From Candidatus Gottesmanbacteria bacterium RBG_16_52_11 (GTDB lineage: Bacteria; Patescibacteriota; Microgenomatia; UBA10105; UBA927), in NCBI GenBank assembly GCA_001779095.1, contig MFJD01000004.1, forward strand, positions 173,031 through 237,030: DNA of 64,000 nt, in the 5' to 3' direction. A program made the translations under genes and the position numbers. The first letter of the stretch is position 1. Every line of letters starts with the position of its first letter. Shown here one piece after another: positions 10,530 through 17,907 of this stretch. Below the pieces are notes generated by a model, which was not told where the DNA came from, ran no database searches, and worked only from the letters and a program-made list of their open reading frames with translations.

Positions 10530-11258
10530 ATGACGGAATTATCGGTGATTTTTCCCGTCCATAATGAGGCAGAGGGGATCGAGTCGTTTCTGGCCGATGC
10601 CCTGTCCACAATCAGGAAGTTAAATGTTTCCTTCGAGATTATCTGCGTGGAAAACGGTTCGACAGACGGCAGTTTGGCAATTCTTAAAAGTATTTCCAAA
10701 AAGATTAAAGACATCCGTGTCATCCGGTCCCCGAAGGGCTGGGGGAATGCGGTACGCGCGGGCATTGCTCAAGCCCGGGGAAAGCTGACCGTCTACATGG
10801 TCTCCGATTACCAGGTGGATCCCAAATACATCGCCCATATATATCATGCCTACCGTAACAGTCAGCTGGACGGGAGCGGATACCGGCTGGTAAAAGTCCG
10901 GCGGACAAACAGGGAGAATACCACCAGACTGGTGAATTCCCGGACGTATAACCTGCTGGCGTCCTTAATGTTCGGAGTGCCCAGCCGGGACATAAATGCC
11001 ACTCCGAAAGTGGCGGAAACCGCGCTTCTCAGGCGCCTGAACCTGACTTCGGATAACATCGCCATAGACCTCGAGCTGCTGCTCAAGCTGCAGTCAGAGG
11101 GGCTGGCGTGGCAGGAAATTCCTGTTCCTTCGATGCGCCGATCCAGCGGCCGGTCGACCACAAACATGAAAGCCGTATGGGAAATGATCAGCCATATGAT
11201 CGGATTCCGTTACGGAATTATCCGCAAACGCACGCCTTCAGTCACCGCCGGGAAATAA
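10530..11258 (+). CDS. GT2 family, DPM1-like polyprenol-phosphate glycosyltransferase (no TM anchor)
   Basis: LSVIFPVHNE, VENGSTDGS, KGWGNAVRAG, RDINATPK, DLELL. TATAAT at 10518-10523 lies 6 nt before ATG 10530. Confidence 0.85.
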   Translation: MTELSVIFPVHNEAEGIESFLADALSTIRKLNVSFEIICVENGSTDGSLAILKSISKKIKDIRVIRSPKGWGNAVRAGIAQARGKLTVYMVSDYQVDPKYIAHIYHAYRNSQLDGSGYRLVKVRRTNRENTTRLVNSRTYNLLASLMFGVPSRDINATPKVAETALLRRLNLTSDNIAIDLELLLKLQSEGLAWQEIPVPSMRRSSGRSTTNMKAVWEMISHMIGFRYGIIRKRTPSVTAGK

Positions 11259-11329
11259 TATAAATAATCGGAGCGGGATTTGCTCCAACACCATTGATGC
11301 TTATCGATCATTTTGTTACGATTCTGCCT

Positions 11330-12790
11330 ATGCCCGGTGAAACTGTCCGGTATCGTGCGGTTGAGGATCGGCATGCCGTAGAACGGTACATGACGATGAA
11401 GTCAATCGGCCGGGATTTATTCGCCGACAGTCATGTCGTTCAAACAGGCCGGGTAAACAGCACCGATATTGACCTGGCATACCGCTTTATCGCAGATTCA
11501 GCCAGGGAAACCGATTCCGAAGTCTCCGCGTCCTTCTGGTGTCATCTCTTAATTACCCCCGAATTCATTAAATCACTGTCAGAGGAAGCAAACGCCCATG
11601 GAATTTCGGTCGATACGGATGCGATGGTATTTGCCGGAGTACTCCATGACGCCGCCAGGCTGGCATACCCGTCGGCGTACGCCCGGAACGATCTGATCCT
11701 GGACCGGATGCTCAAGGATTTCGGTATCCCCAAATCCGTCATTGATGTCCTGCCCTCATTCATCGAGCGGCTGGAAATTGCCAGCGCCATGGATTTCAGC
11801 GAGGAACAGCTGCGGGGTGACACCGGTCTGAAACACCATCAAAGCGTACTTCTGAATGCGTACCTGAGGAGTCTGACACCGGAGCAGATTATTTTCAACG
11901 TCGCCGATAATCTGTCGAAAAGGAACCATGTCGGCGTCCTGACAATGAATGATCTCAGGACGTACCTTCTGTACCTTGACGGCACGGTGTATAACGGCGA
12001 AAGCGTCTGGCCTTCAGTCAAAAATGCTTTAGCCAAACGCCGGGAGCACGCTTTGTTTCAGTGGCATCTGGTGCGCAGGTCCGTTGACTGGCTGTCTGAG
12101 AACGGCATACCGCTTGATCCGATAAGGGAAAACCTGAAGGATTACGGGGCCCGGCTGGTAGTTGCCGTCAGGCACGGAGAGGTGGAAAATCCCAGAGGCA
12201 TTGTCTACAACCGCGACAGTGTCATGGATCCGGCGGATATTGTCCGTTTAAGCGACGAGGGGCGGATGCAGATCCGGGGATTAGGGGAAAGGCTGTCCGC
12301 CCGCCGGTTCAGGTTTACCGGAATGCTGGTCAGCCCGAACACCAGAACCCTGGAGTCTGCCGGGGAATTAAGCCGTGTTTCCGGAATCACACCGGATACG
12401 GACGACAGGCTGGATGACACGTATGCACCGAATGTCTACCTGTCGGGCATGTCAATGGACCAGTTTCAGGAGGAGTTCAAAGGTGATATCTATGACGTAT
12501 CAGTATGGGGTGCTACTCACGAAAGACCGGAAACGATAGCTGCCAGAATATCCGACGTTGTACGTGATATGCGGGACAGCCTGTCTGCCGGAGAAGCGGG
12601 GATGGTCGTCACGCACGGAGATCCGCTGGCCTGGTTTCTGAATCAGGAGGAAACCGGACAGCTGCCGGCACCGCAAACGCTGAGGAACTCGCGATACCCG
12701 CCGAAAGGGAGCGCTGTCGTATTCGTATACGGACCGGACGACAGTTTGTTTACCAGCTATTTCATACACGGGACCGGGAAGAAGTATTGA
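11330..12790 (+). CDS. Fusion of an HD-domain phosphohydrolase-like region and a histidine phosphatase (PGAM-like) domain
   Basis: N-half has H...GVLHDAARL...VADNLS; C-half has VRHGEV, SPNTRTLES and VVTHGD. TGnTACGAT lies 7 nt before ATG 11330. Confidence 0.7.
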   Translation: MPGETVRYRAVEDRHAVERYMTMKSIGRDLFADSHVVQTGRVNSTDIDLAYRFIADSARETDSEVSASFWCHLLITPEFIKSLSEEANAHGISVDTDAMVFAGVLHDAARLAYPSAYARNDLILDRMLKDFGIPKSVIDVLPSFIERLEIASAMDFSEEQLRGDTGLKHHQSVLLNAYLRSLTPEQIIFNVADNLSKRNHVGVLTMNDLRTYLLYLDGTVYNGESVWPSVKNALAKRREHALFQWHLVRRSVDWLSENGIPLDPIRENLKDYGARLVVAVRHGEVENPRGIVYNRDSVMDPADIVRLSDEGRMQIRGLGERLSARRFRFTGMLVSPNTRTLESAGELSRVSGITPDTDDRLDDTYAPNVYLSGMSMDQFQEEFKGDIYDVSVWGATHERPETIAARISDVVRDMRDSLSAGEAGMVVTHGDPLAWFLNQEETGQLPAPQTLRNSRYPPKGSAVVFVYGPDDSLFTSYFIHGTGKKY

Positions 12791-12820
12791 ATTATTTCTT
12801 TGCTTACCGCAAAGGAAACA

Positions 12821-13032
12821 CCACTTTCTTTGCATATCCCGCGAAAGTGGTCAAAGAAACGACACCCCGGGTGAAGATTTTCCGATTGATCTAACCTCAC
12901 TCCGGCTGAGACAGAACCCGCAATCATACCTACAGGTTATCCGTCAAAAATATCCACAGGTCAGGAAAGTCTCATTCCTGACCTGTCAGCCTCCGTTCGA
13001 AAAGATCCATACCGGAAAATCTTCAACGGGGG
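12821..13032. repeat. Structured interspersed non-coding element, copy 1
   Basis: Hairpin CCACTTTC/GAAAGTGG, then AAAGAAA, then a long stem CCCCG-GG-TGAAGATTTTCCG (12865-12884) pairing with CGGAAAATCTTCA-A-CGGGG (13013-13031). Inner stems GATCT/AGATC and GGCTGA/TCAGCC. Homologous to 56350-56563. Confidence 0.8.
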
Positions 13033-13035
13033 AAT

Positions 13036-13354
13036 ATACCCAGATACCTATATACTTATATACCTATGTCCTGATGAATACTCCCGGCGGGGTTAATACA
13101 TAAATACGTAAATACCTAGATACCTATATATACTTATATACCTAATTCCGCGGAATACTCCCGGCGGGGATTATATCTAGATACCTAAATACTTATATAT
13201 ACTTCCCACCGGTTAGTCAGCCTGCGCTCGGTAAGTCCATTCCGGAAAATCATCAACGGTGTTTGATTGCGCAAGGCCAGGCCTTGCGAAGCTAACGGCG
13301 GGGTTAATACTTAAATACCCATATACCTAGATACCTAAATACTTATATACTTCT
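13036..13354. repeat. Four blocks of ATACYTAN octamer tandem repeats, each preceded by a CGG(C)GGGG anchor
   Basis: Blocks at 13036-13067, 13096-13145, 13173-13206 and 13307-13354. The 17-mer GAATACTCCCGGCGGGG occurs exactly at 13076 and 13153. Confidence 0.9.
13270..13288. repeat. REP-like palindrome CGCAAGGC-CAG-GCCTTGCG
   Basis: Perfect 8-bp stem with a 3-nt loop inside the repeat-rich intergenic region. Confidence 0.6.
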
Positions 13355-13377
13355 CTCTGACCAGCAAGAGGTGTTTA

Positions 13378-13420
13378 TGGTATGATTGATCGATCTAACG
13401 GTCTAACTGAGTCAAGGAGG
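13378..13420 (+). promoter_or_regulatory. Extended -10 promoter (TGGTATGAT) and Shine-Dalgarno (AAGGAGG) for the gene at 13429
   Basis: TGnTATGAT at 13378-13386. AAGGAGG at 13414-13420 is 8 nt before the ATG and is one of very few clear SD sites in the window. Confidence 0.55.
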
Positions 13421-13428
13421 GAGAGTTT

Positions 13429-14352
13429 ATGCCGAAAAAGTTCAAACTGGTGATGATATCCGCGATGTACGAGAACGGCGGCAACACCCTGCAGCGGCAC
13501 CTCGACGGCCATCCGGAGCTTTACGTATACCCCTTTGAATCCCAGCCGGGTACATTCATGGTTCAGGACTTCCTGACCAGCCTGTTTCCCCAGAAGTACC
13601 GCTGGCCGGAGTTCGGCATCAGCGGCGACACCGGCCGGGACTACGAGATGATCATCGATGAGGAATTTAAGGTCCGCGTCAATACACCCCACGTATCCAA
13701 GTTCCGTCATGTATCGGACCTGGGGTGCACTAATGCCGACCGGAAAAAGGTATTCCTGCGGCTGATGAAAGGGAAAGCCCGAACCCGGGCGAACCTGATG
13801 GAGGCCTTTTACCGTTCGACATTCGAAGCCTGGAAAACACGGAAAAACAGCGGCAGGGAAATAGTTTATGTCGGTTACAGCCCGATCATCGGCGTCGACA
13901 GCGACAAGATCATCGCCGATTTCCCGGATTCCATTATCCTTCATATCGTCCGCAATCCCTATGCCGCATATGCCGAAACCAAAAGGCGGCCGGTGCCGTA
14001 TACGCTCTCAAGGTATACCCGGACCTGGAACATCATGCAGCTGGCGGCCCTGAATTTCGCCGGGCAATACCCTAAGAACGTAGTGGTGGTCCGGTTTGAG
14101 GATATGGTGGCGGATAAGGTCGGGTTTTTCCGGAAACTCAGTAAAACACTGGGTATCAGGTATTCCGACACCATGACGTATCCGTCCTGGAACGGGAAAA
14201 AACTTGACCATCAGTACCCGTGGGGAACGATCGAGATTCCGACGGAAAAAGCTAACCGGGAAACGACAAACGAACTAAACAGATCCGAACGCGAGCTGAT
14301 CAGTTCCCAGTCGGGCGTAATCAATAAGGCCTTAGGATACGACAAGTTATAA
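13429..14352 (+). CDS. Sulfotransferase-fold (Sulfotransfer_3-like) protein with degenerate PAPS-binding motifs
   Basis: ISAMYENGGNTLQRHLDGHPEL matches the G.xRSGTTLL..LL..HP pattern; also HIVRNPYAAYAE and VVRFEDMVAD. Confidence 0.7.
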   Translation: MPKKFKLVMISAMYENGGNTLQRHLDGHPELYVYPFESQPGTFMVQDFLTSLFPQKYRWPEFGISGDTGRDYEMIIDEEFKVRVNTPHVSKFRHVSDLGCTNADRKKVFLRLMKGKARTRANLMEAFYRSTFEAWKTRKNSGREIVYVGYSPIIGVDSDKIIADFPDSIILHIVRNPYAAYAETKRRPVPYTLSRYTRTWNIMQLAALNFAGQYPKNVVVVRFEDMVADKVGFFRKLSKTLGIRYSDTMTYPSWNGKKLDHQYPWGTIEIPTEKANRETTNELNRSERELISSQSGVINKALGYDKL

Positions 14353-14358
14353 ATCCGC

Positions 14359-15468
14359 GTGATCCTGAGGCGTAGCGACCTTGTGACAGGAAAATCGGTT
14401 GTGAAAAAACTTCTGCCTAATCCCGATGAACTGCGGAAATACCGACAATGGCAGCGGGGAGTGTTTTTTTCCAAAGCAGACCTTATTCAAAGTCAAAAGT
14501 CAAAGATCAAAAGTCAAAATTACAGCTTAAAAGTCAAAAGTTTACAGAAAGTTGTTAAATATCACCTCAATTCAGAAATCACCCATCTTGAGAAACTTCC
14601 GCGGGCAACGCTGCACGATGTATTCCGGGTGAAAACCCCCGGGGGAAATTATATTGTCAGGACCAGGGCAGAAGAAATCAGGGCGTTTGAGTTTTACCTC
14701 GATGAACTGGCTTTCAAAGAAATGGCAAAACTCGGCGTGCGGTCCTGCGGGGTTGCTGCCGTCGATGTCTCCCGGACTTTGGTACCGTTTGACTATGAAA
14801 TCCTGACGGAGGCTGCCGGGTCATTGATCCACGACAGAGTCAGGATAGGTCGGATACGGCCGGAGGTATTCCGCGGGTTCGGCAGGGTCGTGGCTGTGAT
14901 TCATAATGTCAAAACCCGGAAATACGGTCCGTTTGACATGGAAAAACTGATATCCGGCGGTATCGCTGAAGGTATCTGGCTAACCTGGACAGATTACCTG
15001 CTGGTGAATCTGGATGAGCACGTCCAGACCTGCTTAGAGGCCGGAATATTAACCGACGCCGATGCAATGACGGTCCGCGAAATACTGCCCCGAATCCTTT
15101 TCAGTCTGCCGCCGGTGCCGCCGACCCTACTTCACGGGGATTTAGCCAACCACAACGCTTTCACCGACGGCAAAAGCATCACTGCGCTTGTCGACTGGGA
15201 GGATGCCGTCAGCGGTGATCCGGTGTACGATATCGCCTATTACGGCACGGGATGCTTCGGCCATGATGACTGGCTGAAGGAATTTATTGAAGGATACGTG
15301 GAAAATGCAGCACTACCTGCCGATTTTGAGCGGCGTTATGCCGGGTATTATATCCGGATTGCCCTGGCCAAAGCGGTAGGCCGCCTGAAGCATGGGAAAA
15401 AAGGACGGGGACTGCCCGACAGCGCAAAGCGGATTCAGGAGGGCGTCCGGGCACTCAAATCTGTTTGA
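14359..15468 (+). CDS. Aminoglycoside phosphotransferase/choline-kinase-like (APH) kinase
   Basis: Catalytic loop LLHGDLANHN and metal-binding motif LVDWEDAVSGDPVYDIA. Confidence 0.85.
   Translation: MILRRSDLVTGKSVVKKLLPNPDELRKYRQWQRGVFFSKADLIQSQKSKIKSQNYSLKVKSLQKVVKYHLNSEITHLEKLPRATLHDVFRVKTPGGNYIVRTRAEEIRAFEFYLDELAFKEMAKLGVRSCGVAAVDVSRTLVPFDYEILTEAAGSLIHDRVRIGRIRPEVFRGFGRVVAVIHNVKTRKYGPFDMEKLISGGIAEGIWLTWTDYLLVNLDEHVQTCLEAGILTDADAMTVREILPRILFSLPPVPPTLLHGDLANHNAFTDGKSITALVDWEDAVSGDPVYDIAYYGTGCFGHDDWLKEFIEGYVENAALPADFERRYAGYYIRIALAKAVGRLKHGKKGRGLPDSAKRIQEGVRALKSV
14487..14540 (+). repeat. TCAAAAN heptamer element, in frame inside the APH gene
   Basis: TCAAAG TCAAAAG TCAAAGA TCAAAAG TCAAAAT TACAGC TTAAAAG TCAAAAG, encoding QSQKSKIKSQNYSLKVKS; same architecture as 51821-51868. 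Confidence 0.85.
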
Positions 15469-15511
15469 TCAGGCTGACAGGTAATCGTGGCTTCTAGCGG
15501 CAGGGCGTATT

Positions 15512-16864
15512 TTATCTGACCGGATTAGCCGGGAGGTAGATCAGAAAGTTCCTTTGACAGCTCATTTGCTGCTCATCTTCACAGTTAGCTGTAGCTACGA
15601 ATAAGCCGTCAGTCCCAATGGACCATGCCTTAGGCAGGGCGGTAACCGAAAAGGATTTCACCGATCCGAGTGCATACTTCCGTCTTTCAAAGTATCCGGC
15701 GGTATTACTATCGGGGGTGAGTTTAGGATCTACTGCGCGGGCAACGGCTTGCAGCAGGTTAGCATCAGCAGGTACCGGAATTGTTTTTGCCGTTTCCAGT
15801 AAAACCTGCAGATCATAATCGGAGTCAATATTTGTAAGAGTCAGATCCGAAGCACCCAGTGCCAGTATTCTACGGCTCAGTATGATTTCGCGATTGGGGA
15901 TAAGCACGGCGGATGGCTTTCTTCCCGGAGCATCTGCGACAAGTTTCCGGAGCTGCCCTGCGGCCTGGGATACCCCTCCGATGAGTACTCTGAAATCTAC
16001 GGATAAACACCCGGATTTAAGGTAATCCAACCGGTCGTTAATTAATTTCAACCGTACCCCGGCGTCCGATTCAGGAGAGCTCAGATCAGTATCAGTAGCG
16101 CCTATGTTGGCTTGACCGTCAACAGCCGGTTCCGGAATTCCAGGTTCAACCGGAGCGGGCAGAAATTCTGAAAAATCAGGCTGTATGCCACCCACACCGA
16201 ACAATTGCCCCATTTCCTCTTCCGTTACTGACGGAGGCGGTTCAGGCATTACATCAGCAATATCAGGGGCAATTATCGGGAAGTAATTATCCGGTCTGCC
16301 GCCCCCTATTGCGGAATCAGGGTGCTCTACCCAATTATCCGGCTGGAATAAGGCCAGGTAACCAGAGTTCAGACCCGGATTACGCGGTTGGGGATCGTAC
16401 AGGAGATGAAGCCTGATTCGGGTAACCTGCTCTTTGGAATATTTGCTTTTCTGCATCCGTTTCCGGTCAGTCCAGACCCATAATGTTTGCTGTTGGTTCG
16501 TAAATACAAGTTCAGGATTAGCCTGGTAATCCGGGTAACTACGATGCAGGAGTTTACCGATTCTGGTATATGCATCCTGACGGAGACCATCATTATCAAT
16601 TTTGACTAAATTCAGAAGACCCAGGATCCTGTTTAATGGGAGTTCATTAGTTGAGGTTGTCCGCTCAGTAAAGGCACCATATACATATATCGGCGCGTCA
16701 GGAGTCCGGTCCGCCGCATCTTCGGCCAGCCTGGTAATTCCGTTTAAAACACTGATTAAGTCATACTCACCTACCGGAGATGTTCCATTCTGTGATCCAG
16801 CCCACAAGTCAACCACATCCGACCGAAAATAATTTAACGGGTGGTATTCTACACTTGTATTCAT
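15512..16864 (-). CDS. Hypothetical protein (450 aa) with a central Pro/Glu-rich linker
   Basis: Long ORF filling the gap between two plus-strand genes, with its own promoter; no family recognised. Confidence 0.7.
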   Translation of the reverse strand: MNTSVEYHPLNYFRSDVVDLWAGSQNGTSPVGEYDLISVLNGITRLAEDAADRTPDAPIYVYGAFTERTTSTNELPLNRILGLLNLVKIDNDGLRQDAYTRIGKLLHRSYPDYQANPELVFTNQQQTLWVWTDRKRMQKSKYSKEQVTRIRLHLLYDPQPRNPGLNSGYLALFQPDNWVEHPDSAIGGGRPDNYFPIIAPDIADVMPEPPPSVTEEEMGQLFGVGGIQPDFSEFLPAPVEPGIPEPAVDGQANIGATDTDLSSPESDAGVRLKLINDRLDYLKSGCLSVDFRVLIGGVSQAAGQLRKLVADAPGRKPSAVLIPNREIILSRRILALGASDLTLTNIDSDYDLQVLLETAKTIPVPADANLLQAVARAVDPKLTPDSNTAGYFERRKYALGSVKSFSVTALPKAWSIGTDGLFVATANCEDEQQMSCQRNFLIYLPANPVR

Positions 16865-16875
16865 AATGACCTATA

Positions 16876-16904
16876 ATTATACAATTTGTATTAAAATTAA
16901 TCAA
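16876..16904 (-). promoter_or_regulatory. Sigma70-type promoter TTGATT-N17-TATAAT
   Basis: Minus strand: -35 at 16904-16899 and -10 at 16881-16876, 11 nt upstream of ATG 16864. Confidence 0.55.
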
Positions 16905-16974
16905 ATATTAAGACCTGTAGCGTAATTAGTACTTATTATTCTGTGGTATGATTGTCTCCAGCACTGCCGGGTTT

Positions 16975-17907
16975 ATGAAACAGACTGCCGTAGTAACCGG
17001 GGCATCGGGATTTGTCGGCTCCAATATCGTCAGGAGACTACTGACTGACGGTTACCGGGTACACGCACTGGTCCGTAAAGGCGGCGATCCCTGGCGGCTC
17101 GTCGGCCTTCGAAACAAACTGGTATTGCATGAGGGCGTGCTTGACAGTAAATCCAGGCTGACTGCGCTTATGCACAAAGTGCGGCCGCAGGCGGTTTTCC
17201 ACCTGGCAACATACGGATCCTACCCAACGCAGATTGACCTAAGCCGCGTCATCAGGGTAAATGTCAACGGAACCGCTAATCTCCTTGAAAGCACGCTCCG
17301 CGTGCCGTATACGCGGCTGATTGTCGCCGGCAGCTCTTCGGAATACGGGAAAAAGGACGTCCCGATGCGTGAGGATGACGCTGTCGATCCAAACAACATG
17401 TATGCGGCAGCTAAGACGGCAGCCACCACACTGGCCCGGACATTCGCCCGGGTTTACCGTAAACCGGTTACGATATTCCGGCTATTCAGCGTCTACGGGC
17501 CCGGTGAGGAAAAGGGGAGGCTGGTGCGCTCCGTCATCGAATCGGCACTGGCGGGTGAGCCGGTCAGGCTAGCCAGCGGCAGGGAAGCCCGGGACCTGAT
17601 ATATACGGCGGATATTGCCGACGCTTTCGTATATACGGCCGGTCTGAAGCGGCAGATACCTGACGGGGAAATTTTCAACATCGGAACCGGTGTCCAGACT
17701 ACCATCCGGGAACTGGCGCAGAAAGTCATCCGGTTAACCGGCAGCAAATCGGAAATCAAACTGAACGCTTATGCCGGCCGGTTGTGGGACGCCTACACCT
17801 GGAAAGCCGATACGGCCAAAACCCGCAGTGAAATCGGCTGGACTGCCACAACCGGCCTGACCGACGGACTGAAAAAAACCATAGACTGGTACCGTAGCCG
17901 GGTATGA
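16975..17907 (+). CDS. Extended SDR nucleotide-sugar epimerase/reductase
   Basis: TGASGFVG, AGSSSEYG, YAAAK, RLFSVYGP, RDLIY. Confidence 0.9.
   Translation: MKQTAVVTGASGFVGSNIVRRLLTDGYRVHALVRKGGDPWRLVGLRNKLVLHEGVLDSKSRLTALMHKVRPQAVFHLATYGSYPTQIDLSRVIRVNVNGTANLLESTLRVPYTRLIVAGSSSEYGKKDVPMREDDAVDPNNMYAAAKTAATTLARTFARVYRKPVTIFRLFSVYGPGEEKGRLVRSVIESALAGEPVRLASGREARDLIYTADIADAFVYTAGLKRQIPDGEIFNIGTGVQTTIRELAQKVIRLTGSKSEIKLNAYAGRLWDAYTWKADTAKTRSEIGWTATTGLTDGLKKTIDWYRSRV

Noticed and set aside
13030-13354. CRISPR array
   Set aside because: The 17-mer occurs only twice, the intervening DNA is itself octamer repeat rather than unique spacers, the spacing is irregular, and there are no cas genes.
12930-13354. 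Replication origin (DnaA-box-like ATATCCACA at about 12950 plus AT-rich repeats)
   Set aside because: There is only one imperfect box, no box cluster, and no dnaA, dnaN or rep gene nearby.
13375-13944. 189-aa minus-strand ORF, and similar ORFs at 47014-47598, 52246-52761, 1232-1765 and 30528-31139
   Set aside because: They overlap motif-supported genes on the opposite strand or in another frame, as expected for shadow ORFs in GC-rich coding DNA.
14359-15468. Antibiotic-resistance aminoglycoside phosphotransferases (also 49957-50946)
   Set aside because: Only fold-level APH motifs are present, and the sugar-biosynthesis context favours metabolic kinases.
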